Origin: Patescibacteria group bacterium
GTDB lineage: Bacteria; Patescibacteriota; Patescibacteriia; 2-01-FULL-39-33
Assembly: GCA_041649575.1 (NCBI GenBank)
Contig: JBAZMW010000003.1
Span: 30,001 to 62,000 of the forward strand
Reading direction: 5' to 3'
DNA length: 32,000 nucleotides
Positions 23,580 through 30,790 of this stretch are shown one piece after another. The notes beneath the pieces are model-generated. The model was given only the letters and a program-made list of their open reading frames with translations. It was not told where the DNA came from and did not search any database. The translations under genes were made by a program, and so were the position numbers. Within the stretch, counting starts at the first letter, position 1. Every line of letters starts with the position of its first letter.

Positions 23580-24521
23580 TCAAATTTTACCGTCTTTAAC
23601 CAAACGCCAATAATGATAGCCTAGCGCGGTTAACTTGCAGGACCTTGAATTCTGCGCGGCATAAAACATATGTTCTTCACCTACCGGCACAACCAATCCA
23701 ATACCTACAAACTTTTGAAGGTTTTTCATGATAACAACTTTTTCAGGTACGGCTATATCCTTATTATCAAACTCGTAAGTTGGATCCAATGCATATTCTT
23801 GATCTGGTGTAAGAAAATATTCAGTTATTTTTCTTAACACTTCGGTTGGTACTTGAGGAGTGATGGTGCGTAAAGAAGTAAAACGAGTTACATTAGTTTT
23901 AAATACTGGTCTCTGATCCCATGGCCCCAAAGCTTGATCGATATAAGCGTACACACTTCCTGGAGTTATATGACCTCGAACATCAGCCGCTCCACCCTGT
24001 AAAGCGTCTATTAATAAATTCGTAAAAATTCCATGACCATTAACTTCGACTGAACTTTCGTCCGTCTTACTAGCTGTCAATACAACCACTCCTTCAGAAA
24101 TTTGGGAGCAAACGCCACCCGCTACGGCGGGAGAGCCAAAAGATCCTGAATGGCAGCAATCTAGAATAATAATTTTGTCTTTCGCTTTTGATTTATTTGC
24201 CAATACTAATATTTCATCCATCGATACACCCTCATCGTTAGGTTGATAATCCGGCGTAACAATATAGCCACCGAATTCGTTTAGAAAGCCGTGTCCAGAA
24301 AAATATAATAATGCTATGTCACTATCTCCCTCAAACAGCTCTATAATCGTTGTCTTTAAAGACGATTTTGTAGGAACGTCCATTTTAAGAATTACAGAAA
24401 AATTTGGCGACCCGTCGCCATTTTTTTCAAGGGTAGTCGCAAACGCTGAAGCATCATTAATACAGCCCTTAAGTGGTGAGGTTGGATAATTATTTATACC
24501 AATAACTAAAGCTTTTCTCAT
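23580..24521 (-). CDS. Caspase-like cysteine protease (peptidase C14 fold) with uncharacterised C-terminal domain (313 aa)
   Basis: KALVIGINNYP is followed by the catalytic His in IALLYFSGHG and the catalytic Cys in IIILDCCHSGSFG. The roughly 100-aa C-terminal extension ends in LTALGYHYWRLVKDGKI. I moved the start to ATG 24521 (MRKALVIG). The track start 24617 would overlap the upstream gene by 95 nt. Confidence 0.8.
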   Translation of the reverse strand: MRKALVIGINNYPTSPLKGCINDASAFATTLEKNGDGSPNFSVILKMDVPTKSSLKTTIIELFEGDSDIALLYFSGHGFLNEFGGYIVTPDYQPNDEGVSMDEILVLANKSKAKDKIIILDCCHSGSFGSPAVAGGVCSQISEGVVVLTASKTDESSVEVNGHGIFTNLLIDALQGGAADVRGHITPGSVYAYIDQALGPWDQRPVFKTNVTRFTSLRTITPQVPTEVLRKITEYFLTPDQEYALDPTYEFDNKDIAVPEKVVIMKNLQKFVGIGLVVPVGEEHMFYAAQNSRSCKLTALGYHYWRLVKDGKI

Positions 24522-24522
24522 T

Positions 24523-24900
24523 TCAAAGTTTACTGATAAATGATTTAATATTTTCCCAGCTCCATATGTTGACTCTTCTTCCCGACAGCGATGAAGACAA
24601 TGTTGGCCTATCATCATTGATATACATTAACATCACAGGAATATTTTCATCAATAGCGCACTCAAGCTCAAATTTTTCGCCTGAAGCACCTGGTGTATTA
24701 TTACTAATTAAGCCGATCATGCCGTCACAACCCTTAATTTTCGTCCGGCAACGGTCTTTCCAATCAGTCTTCCACGGTTCTTTTACCGACATATCAATAA
24801 ATTCAAAAGGTGATCTTTCATTTCTCGCTTGTGCAACAAGAAAGTCCCGATATTTCGAATCTTCGGCTGCAAAACTAATAAATACTCTTTTGTTCGACAT
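24523..24900 (-). CDS. Stand-alone TIR-like domain protein (DUF1863/ThsB-like, 125 aa)
   Basis: KRVFISFAAEDSKYRDFL (betaA-helix start typical of TIR/DUF1863), CDGMIGLISNNT, and the candidate catalytic Glu in GEKFELECAI. The TGA stop is separated from the caspase ATG by 1 nt (TGAAATG). Confidence 0.65.
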   Translation of the reverse strand: MSNKRVFISFAAEDSKYRDFLVAQARNERSPFEFIDMSVKEPWKTDWKDRCRTKIKGCDGMIGLISNNTPGASGEKFELECAIDENIPVMLMYINDDRPTLSSSLSGRRVNIWSWENIKSFISKL

Positions 24901-24911
24901 AAATTATTTTA

Positions 24912-25532
24912 TTAATTAATTAAATCGCCTGGCAACACCGCATCAACGACTCCCTGGATCAGACAATTGGAAGTTAAAATAATCGGCTTGTGCGTTTTAT
25001 TACTTGACTTTGGTCTGAGGATAACCACATCACCCTTATTCTCCAAAATCTTTACCGTCGCCTCGTCATTTATAAGCGCAACTACCCTCTCCCCCGTATC
25101 TGCCGATTCTTGCTGACGTATCAATAACAAATCGCCGCTATTAATTCCCGCCTGATCCATTGAATCACCAATCGCACGAAGCAAAAAATATGTGAAACCT
25201 TTTTTTGCTAACATCGTTGAAACCGGTATCCGAGTTTGAATATTTTCTTCTGCCAGCATCGGTTCTCCGCATGTTACCGCACCAACCAAAGGAACTTCAA
25301 CCGTGCTGACTGAGTTTGCCTGTTGAATATTGGTAAGTATAAGTCCCTGGCCAGTCTTTTTAATTAATCCTGCCCGCACAAGACGATCAACAACTAAACT
25401 CGCCGATCTCGGCGATTTACCACCCGTCACCTCATTTATCTCCCTGAGAGACGGACTTACCCCATAATGGGCTATTTTATTTCGGATAAGAGAAAAAGCC
25501 CTTTTGTCTTTGTCGTTAAGGTTTTTGGTCAT
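24912..25532 (-). CDS. LexA/CI-type repressor (winged-HTH plus S24 self-cleaving peptidase)
   Basis: The N-terminal GVSPSLREINEVTGGKSPRSASLVVDRLVRAGLI is a LexA-type wHTH. VPLVGAVTCGEP aligns with the LexA cleavage loop VPLVGRVAAGEP. The Ser nucleophile is in AIGDSM and the Lys is in EATVKIL. I took the start at the ATG at 25532 (MTKNLN); the track start at 25562 is a TTG. Confidence 0.85.
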   Translation of the reverse strand: MTKNLNDKDKRAFSLIRNKIAHYGVSPSLREINEVTGGKSPRSASLVVDRLVRAGLIKKTGQGLILTNIQQANSVSTVEVPLVGAVTCGEPMLAEENIQTRIPVSTMLAKKGFTYFLLRAIGDSMDQAGINSGDLLLIRQQESADTGERVVALINDEATVKILENKGDVVILRPKSSNKTHKPIILTSNCLIQGVVDAVLPGDLIN

Positions 25533-25590
25533 AGTATAATAAGTATACAAGACCCTATACAAAAAAGCAAGGGCCTGCTATACTGTAATT
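25533..25590. promoter_or_regulatory. Divergent, overlapping, essentially leaderless promoters (genetic-switch region) with TATACA repeats
   Basis: Rightward: TATACA (25556-25561), 17 nt, TATACT (25579-25584), then 6 nt, then the ATG at 25591. Leftward: TTGCTT (complement of 25565-25570), 17 nt, TATACT (complement of 25542-25547), then 9 nt, then the ATG at 25532. TATACA is repeated at 25544 and 25556 (12-bp period), plus TATACT at 25579. Confidence 0.5.
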
Positions 25591-26007
25591 ATGGAGTACC
25601 AATTACAGCTTAAGCCGTTCATAAGAAAAGACGGCCAAAAGTATAAAATTATTCAACTAACTGATATCGCCCTGCATACCGCCAAAAAGCAGGCCACTCG
25701 TTCGATTGGCAAAAAAATTAAGGAATTATTCGACTTTAAAAAACCCATACGAATTTACTCCCCTATTCAGTTGAATAAGCAAGGGAATCAGACTGATAAA
25801 AATTCTTTTACAGTTGAGGTATTACGACAAGATCCTGATTTTCAAGAAATGGTTAGAAATCAAGAAGCAAATGGATACAAAATATTATTAGAAGTGTCAA
25901 AGGGCGGAATTCCGGTTGTTATGGGAAAAGATACTCAGGTATTTATAAAAAGCAAGAACGGCCAGCGGATACTCCGAAAATTTGCCAAAAATGATGATCA
26001 GCGATAA
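25591..26007 (+). CDS. Hypothetical Lys-rich early protein (138 aa)
   Basis: It is the first gene of the rightward transcript of the switch. I recognise no domain. Confidence 0.55.
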   Translation: MEYQLQLKPFIRKDGQKYKIIQLTDIALHTAKKQATRSIGKKIKELFDFKKPIRIYSPIQLNKQGNQTDKNSFTVEVLRQDPDFQEMVRNQEANGYKILLEVSKGGIPVVMGKDTQVFIKSKNGQRILRKFAKNDDQR

Positions 26008-26066
26008 AATTTAATCACAAAATTTTCTGCGTAGTAAAAAGTAGAATAGCTATCGCCCTTAAAGCC

Positions 26067-26140
26067 ATGCCTATTCCGCGCAAGAAATAGTTTGAAGTTT
26101 TTCAACTTCGACTGTTTCGTGTGTGGAATAGGCATTTTTG
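26067..26140 (+). terminator. Unusually long (about 30 bp) imperfect hairpin plus T-tract; a terminator and/or structured RNA/DNA site
   Basis: ATGCCTATTCC-GCGCA-a-GAAATAG-tt-TGAAGTT-[TTTC]-AACTTCG-a-CTGTTTC-g-TGTGT-GGAATAGGCAT. I hand-paired the arms, with several G-U pairs. TTTTTG follows. Confidence 0.55.
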
Positions 26141-26180
26141 TTTATATATATATTTTATAAATTAATAATTAACAAATTGT

Positions 26181-27449
26181 ATGAAAAAACTACAATGGCA
26201 CACAGCGCAAAAACGGGTCAACGACCTTATCCCCTACGAGGTCAACCCACGAGTCATCACCGACAAGCAAATGTCGGATCTTCAAAGCAGTCTTAAAAAA
26301 TACAATCTGGTAGAAATCCCAGCCGTTGACACTGGCGGAACCATTCTTGCGGGTCATCAGCGAATCAAAGCGCTTCAGCTTCTTGGTCGAGGCGATGAGT
26401 TAATCGATGTGCGAGTTCCCAATCGTAAGCTGACTAAAAGCGAATCAAAACAATACTTGATCGCTTCCAATAAGCTCGGCGGTGACTGGGATTATGATCT
26501 GCTGAAATCATTTGATTTGGAGACTCTGTCATTTGCGGGATTTGACAGTATTGAGCTGTCAAAATTTTGGGATAAAGAAAACGAAACTAAAACCGATTCA
26601 TTCGATGTTGAAAAAGAACTGAAAAAAATCATAAAACCCAAAACAAAACTTGGCGACATTATTTGCCTGGGAAAAAACAAAATTATCTGTGGAGATTCAA
26701 CCGATCAAAAAACACTAATCAAACTGCTCGGCGACGAAAAGGTTTCAATGATTTATTCTGACCCCGTCTATAATATCCAAATTGATTATAACGGCGGAAT
26801 TGGCGGCGATAAAGACTATGGCGGTAACGTCAATGATTCACGGACATTTGAAGAATACAAGCAGTTTATTACCGACAGCCTGAAATCCGCCCTTGCCGTG
26901 TCAAATCCCGACACCCATGTCTTTTACTACTGCGATCAAATATATATCGGACTGATTCAGGAAGTCTATCTATCGCTTGGGATAAATAATAAGCGGGTTT
27001 GCCTGTGGCTGAAAAATTCGCAAAACCCCGTGCCAAAAGTATTTTGCAATAAAGCCTATGAGCCAGCCGTGTATGGCGTCCGGGGAAAACCATATCTGGC
27101 CGAATCAATAACGGACTTAAACGAAGTAATGAATAAAGAATTTGGCACGGGAAACGAACTTATTGACCAAGTTGATAGTTTTCTTGAAATTTGGACGGCA
27201 AAACGCTTATCAGCCAAAGATTACGAACATGCCACCTCTAAACCCATAACCCTGCATGAAAAAGCGATAAAACGATGTACCAAGATTGGCGATATTATCC
27301 TTGATAGCTTTCTGGGCTCGGGCAGTACCCTGCTTGCGGGCGAACAATTGGGCAGGCGTGTGTATGGTTGCGAATTAGAGCCAAGGTTTTGTGACCTGAT
27401 AGTTAAACGCTATGAAGCGTTTACGGGCGTTAAAGCAATAATTAAATAA
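26181..27449 (+). CDS. ParB-like nuclease domain fused to N6/N4 DNA methyltransferase (beta-class)
   Basis: The N-terminal LIPYEVNPRVI...ILAGHQRIKAL is ParB/Srx-like. The motif IV-like element is IYSDPVYN (DPPY variant). The motif I element is ILDSFLGSGSTLLAGEQLGRRVYGCELE. Confidence 0.8.
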   Translation: MKKLQWHTAQKRVNDLIPYEVNPRVITDKQMSDLQSSLKKYNLVEIPAVDTGGTILAGHQRIKALQLLGRGDELIDVRVPNRKLTKSESKQYLIASNKLGGDWDYDLLKSFDLETLSFAGFDSIELSKFWDKENETKTDSFDVEKELKKIIKPKTKLGDIICLGKNKIICGDSTDQKTLIKLLGDEKVSMIYSDPVYNIQIDYNGGIGGDKDYGGNVNDSRTFEEYKQFITDSLKSALAVSNPDTHVFYYCDQIYIGLIQEVYLSLGINNKRVCLWLKNSQNPVPKVFCNKAYEPAVYGVRGKPYLAESITDLNEVMNKEFGTGNELIDQVDSFLEIWTAKRLSAKDYEHATSKPITLHEKAIKRCTKIGDIILDSFLGSGSTLLAGEQLGRRVYGCELEPRFCDLIVKRYEAFTGVKAIIK

Positions 27450-27450
27450 T

Positions 27451-27861
27451 ATGAAAAAGAATAAACTTCAAGACCAACTTTTTGAAGAGTTGGCAAAAGT
27501 ACCCATCGTTCAGGTAGCCTGCGAAAAGACCGGCATTTCCCGAAACAGCGTCTACCGTTGGCGCAAGGAAGATCCCGCTTTCGCAAAAAAAATGGACAAG
27601 GCACTGTCAGATGGCGTAGCGTTGGTAAATGACATGAGTGAAAGTCAGTTGTTAATAATGATCAAAGAAAAAAATTGGTCGGCAATCAGCTTCTGGCTAA
27701 AACACCGAAACGACAATTACAAAAATAAGATTGAGATAACAACCAAAGAAGATTCTGAGGCGCTGACCCCATCGCAAGCCAAAATTGTAAGACAGGCTCT
27801 AAAATTGGCTGCCATTACTGAAGCCAAATCAATAAAGAATATTAATGACAAAACAGTATGA
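27451..27861 (+). CDS. Terminase small subunit-like HTH protein
   Basis: The HTH is VACEKTGISRNSVYRWRKEDPAFAKKM. It sits immediately upstream of TerL, and the two genes overlap by 4 nt (ATGA). Confidence 0.55.
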   Translation: MKKNKLQDQLFEELAKVPIVQVACEKTGISRNSVYRWRKEDPAFAKKMDKALSDGVALVNDMSESQLLIMIKEKNWSAISFWLKHRNDNYKNKIEITTKEDSEALTPSQAKIVRQALKLAAITEAKSIKNINDKTV

Positions 27862-29342
27862 ATAAAATCATCGGATCTAACCTTGTGAATAAAATGATGA
27901 AGGATAGACTCATTAGAACGTCAATCACCAAAGATAGTTTTCTCTACTTTTTTCATTTTTACTATGCCCACTACGTAAAATACGAAACCGCTGATTTCCA
28001 AAAGGAAATTATTAATAATCTTGAAAAAAGTTCGACTGAAAATATGTACGTCGTTGCCTTTCGGGGTTCAGGCAAGTCAACCATGGTGACAACCGCCTAC
28101 CCGATCTGGGCAATGTTAGGAAAACAGCAAAAGAAATTTTGTTTGATTTTCTGCCAAACACGGACGCAGGCGAAGCAGCACATGATGAATATTCGGGGTG
28201 AACTTGAAGGTAACGACCTCTTAAAGAAAGATTTGGGCCCTTTTCAGGAGCAAAGCGATGAATGGGGTTCATATTCGCTTGTGTTTAACAAAAGCGGCGC
28301 CCGTATTACTGTGGCGTCAACTGAACAAAGCATCCGAGGCATTAGGCACAACGAACATCGGCCGGATTTAATAATCTGTGACGACGTTGAAGACGTCCAA
28401 TCAACCAAAACTCGCGAGGGCCGGGATAAAACCTACCAATGGCTTTATGGCGAGGTCATGCCCGCTGGAGACCGCAAAACTCGCTTAATAATTGTCGGTA
28501 ATCTTTTACATGAAGATTCCCTGCTAATGCGGATTAAAGACGATATCAAAAATAACCGATCAAAAGGTGTCTTTAAACAGTATCCCCTGCTCGACACTAA
28601 TGATGTTTGTCTATGGCCCGGGAAATATCCCGAAAAAAAAGACATTGAAGAAGAAAAGCTAAAAATTGCTAGCGAAATATCATGGCAACGTGAATACCTG
28701 CTTCGCATTATTCCCAGCGACGATCAGGTTATATACCACGAATGGTTAAATTATTATGACAATTTACCAAGTCAAAAACATATTGCTTATCGGGGCACCT
28801 ACGCTGGCGTGGATTTAGCCATTTCAACTGAAGATTCAGCTGATTTTACCACAATCGTTTCAGCGAGAATATATGGCCGGGCGGAAAAATTAAAAATATA
28901 TATTCTTCCAAATCCCATTATGGAAAAATTGAATTTCCCAGCTCAAGTGGAATTAATGAAAAATTTTAAAGCCACGCAAATGCCAAATTATAGTGATACC
29001 CTATTTGTCGAAAGTGTCTCATATCAAGAAGCTTTGCCGCAAATGTTAGAGTTAAACGGCGTTGATGCGGAATCAATCAAACCAAAGGGCGATAAACGGA
29101 CACGGCTTGCCTTAACATCGACATCAATTAAATCCGGCATCATTAAATTTCCACGACATGGTTGTGAGCGGCTAATTGAGCAGTTAGTGGGCTTCGGCGT
29201 TGAAAAGCATGACGATCTGGCCGATGCTTTTTCATTATTAATTAATTCTACTTTAGACAAGCACGCCCATGAATCAACGTGGTATATGGCTTTCCTGGGT
29301 GGTAAAACCTATTATTATCCTGATTACGTTGACGTGGACTAG
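27858..29342 (+). CDS. Terminase large subunit (ATPase plus RNaseH-like nuclease)
   Basis: Walker A is AFRGSGKSTMV and Walker B is DLIICDDVED. The C-terminal nuclease acidic residues are in YAGVDLAIS and GVEKHDDLADAF. Confidence 0.85.
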   Translation: MNKIIGSNLVNKMMKDRLIRTSITKDSFLYFFHFYYAHYVKYETADFQKEIINNLEKSSTENMYVVAFRGSGKSTMVTTAYPIWAMLGKQQKKFCLIFCQTRTQAKQHMMNIRGELEGNDLLKKDLGPFQEQSDEWGSYSLVFNKSGARITVASTEQSIRGIRHNEHRPDLIICDDVEDVQSTKTREGRDKTYQWLYGEVMPAGDRKTRLIIVGNLLHEDSLLMRIKDDIKNNRSKGVFKQYPLLDTNDVCLWPGKYPEKKDIEEEKLKIASEISWQREYLLRIIPSDDQVIYHEWLNYYDNLPSQKHIAYRGTYAGVDLAISTEDSADFTTIVSARIYGRAEKLKIYILPNPIMEKLNFPAQVELMKNFKATQMPNYSDTLFVESVSYQEALPQMLELNGVDAESIKPKGDKRTRLALTSTSIKSGIIKFPRHGCERLIEQLVGFGVEKHDDLADAFSLLINSTLDKHAHESTWYMAFLGGKTYYYPDYVDVD

Positions 29343-29434
29343 CGAAAAATAGCAAATGCTATGTAAAAAGATGCCAACAAGTTGCCAACAGGTATAGCTT
29401 AGCAAAACCGCTAATCTCTGGCATCAATGTATAC

Positions 29435-30754
29435 ATGGATACCAACCAAATCTCAGCACTTATAGGCAAGCCTGCCATAGTGCCCATAATTAAGGCTAAA
29501 TACGTCCTGTACGCTCGAAAATCGACCGAACAGGACGAAAGACAAGCCTTATCAATTGAATCTCAGGTCAAAGAAATGCTTGCCATAGCGGAGCGTGAAA
29601 ATCTTGATGTTATCGATATACGGCGTGAAGCCCATTCGGCCAAAGATTCGGGTCAGCGCCCGGTATTTAAAGAAATTTTGGAAGATCTGCGACGAGAGCG
29701 ATTTAACGGCATTTTAGTCTGGCACCCTGATCGCCTAAGCAGAAACGCCGGTGATTTAGGGTCGTTGGTAGATTTAATGGATCAAAGGCTACTAGTCCAA
29801 ATACGTACCTACGGGCAAACTTTCACCAATACGCCAAGCGAGAAATTTTTACTAATGATTTTATGTAGTCAGGCAAAACTGGAAAACGATAATAAAAGCA
29901 TAAACGTAAAGCGTGGCCTAAGGACACGGGTTGAAATGGGGTTATGGCCAGCGACAGCACCGACCGGATATCTCAATGAGAAAAGAATTGACCGAAAAGG
30001 TTATGTTCTCGTTGATCCTGACCGAGCGCCGATTATTAAACAAATGTTTGAAAAAGTCGCCTACGAAAAATGGACTGGCAGAAAATTATACCATTGGCTG
30101 AGATTTGATTTAAATTTCAGAACAGCGGCAGGCGGAAAGCATTTATCGTTGGGCAACATATACGTATTACTACAAAATCATTTTTACTACGGCGTATTTG
30201 AGTACCCGAAAAAAAGTGGCAATTGGTACAATGGCAAACACACTCCAATTATCACCAAGGAGTTATATGACTTGGTTCAAGGACAAGTCAAAAGCCAAAT
30301 TATGAGATCAGAGACTAAGGAGTTTGCGTTTACCAAACTTATAACCTGTGGTTTATGCGGATCAGGGATAACGGCCGATGAAAAATTTAAAAAGCAAAAA
30401 GATGGCAGCGTCCACCGTCATGTTTATTATAAGTGCACAAAATCAAGAGATAAAGATTGTAAGTGCGGATTTATAAATGAGATTGAATTGTTAAAACAGT
30501 TTGAAAAATTAATCAACAAAGTCAGCATAAATGAAATGGGCATGAAAGAAAAAATTAAATATGAAGTTGAAAGAATTAAAAAATTTCAACAATCCATACT
30601 TGGCGTAAAGCAAGATATTAAAATAAAAGACGTAGACATCCGAGACTACGCCAAATTTATTTTAAAGGATGGATCTGTTGAAGAGAAACGAGAATTACTG
30701 AGTTGTTTTAAAAGCAAAATTACTTTACAAAATAAACAAATTTCCCTTCGCTAA
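29435..30754 (+). CDS. Large serine recombinase (integrase)
   Basis: The resolvase catalytic domain is YVLYARKSTEQDERQALSIESQ...VWHPDRLSRN. The recombinase domain includes APTGYLN. The zinc ribbon is CGLCGSGI...YYKCTKS. The C-terminus is a coiled coil. Confidence 0.9.
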   Translation: MDTNQISALIGKPAIVPIIKAKYVLYARKSTEQDERQALSIESQVKEMLAIAERENLDVIDIRREAHSAKDSGQRPVFKEILEDLRRERFNGILVWHPDRLSRNAGDLGSLVDLMDQRLLVQIRTYGQTFTNTPSEKFLLMILCSQAKLENDNKSINVKRGLRTRVEMGLWPATAPTGYLNEKRIDRKGYVLVDPDRAPIIKQMFEKVAYEKWTGRKLYHWLRFDLNFRTAAGGKHLSLGNIYVLLQNHFYYGVFEYPKKSGNWYNGKHTPIITKELYDLVQGQVKSQIMRSETKEFAFTKLITCGLCGSGITADEKFKKQKDGSVHRHVYYKCTKSRDKDCKCGFINEIELLKQFEKLINKVSINEMGMKEKIKYEVERIKKFQQSILGVKQDIKIKDVDIRDYAKFILKDGSVEEKRELLSCFKSKITLQNKQISLR

Positions 30755-30790
30755 ATTAATTCATATTTAAAATATAATATTTCCCACAAA

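Larger units (their letters stand above)
23050..30790. mobile_element. Prophage remnant or phage-satellite-like integrative element (boundaries uncertain)
   Basis: This is the most AT-rich part of the window; line 27901-27960 gives 18/60 G+C. It contains an S24 repressor with a divergent switch, a ParB-methyltransferase, TerS, TerL and a large serine recombinase. It has no portal, capsid or tail genes. I could not identify att repeats. Confidence 0.5.

Noticed and set aside
24522-24617. N-terminal 32-codon extension of the caspase-like ORF (track start 24617)
   Set aside because: It would overlap the 3' end of the TIR-like gene by 95 nt in another frame, and its sequence (MMIGQHCLHRCREEEST...) is unlike C14 N-termini. 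The ATG at 24521 gives the canonical KALVIGINNY start and tight coupling.
25533-25562. Ten-codon N-terminal extension of the repressor (track start 25562, a TTG codon)
   Set aside because: It would run through the promoter elements of the switch. The ATG at 25532 fits the leaderless promoter geometry.
23198-26077. Shared 9-10-mer ATGCCTATT at 23199 and 26067, considered as a repeat linking the element boundary to the long hairpin
   Set aside because: Hundreds of 10-mer coincidences are expected among all position pairs in 32 kb, and the flanking sequence does not extend the match.
29372-29390. TGCCAACA direct repeat (11-bp period) upstream of the serine recombinase
   Set aside because: 8-mer repeats at short spacing are expected several times by chance in this window. 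I have no supporting evidence for function.
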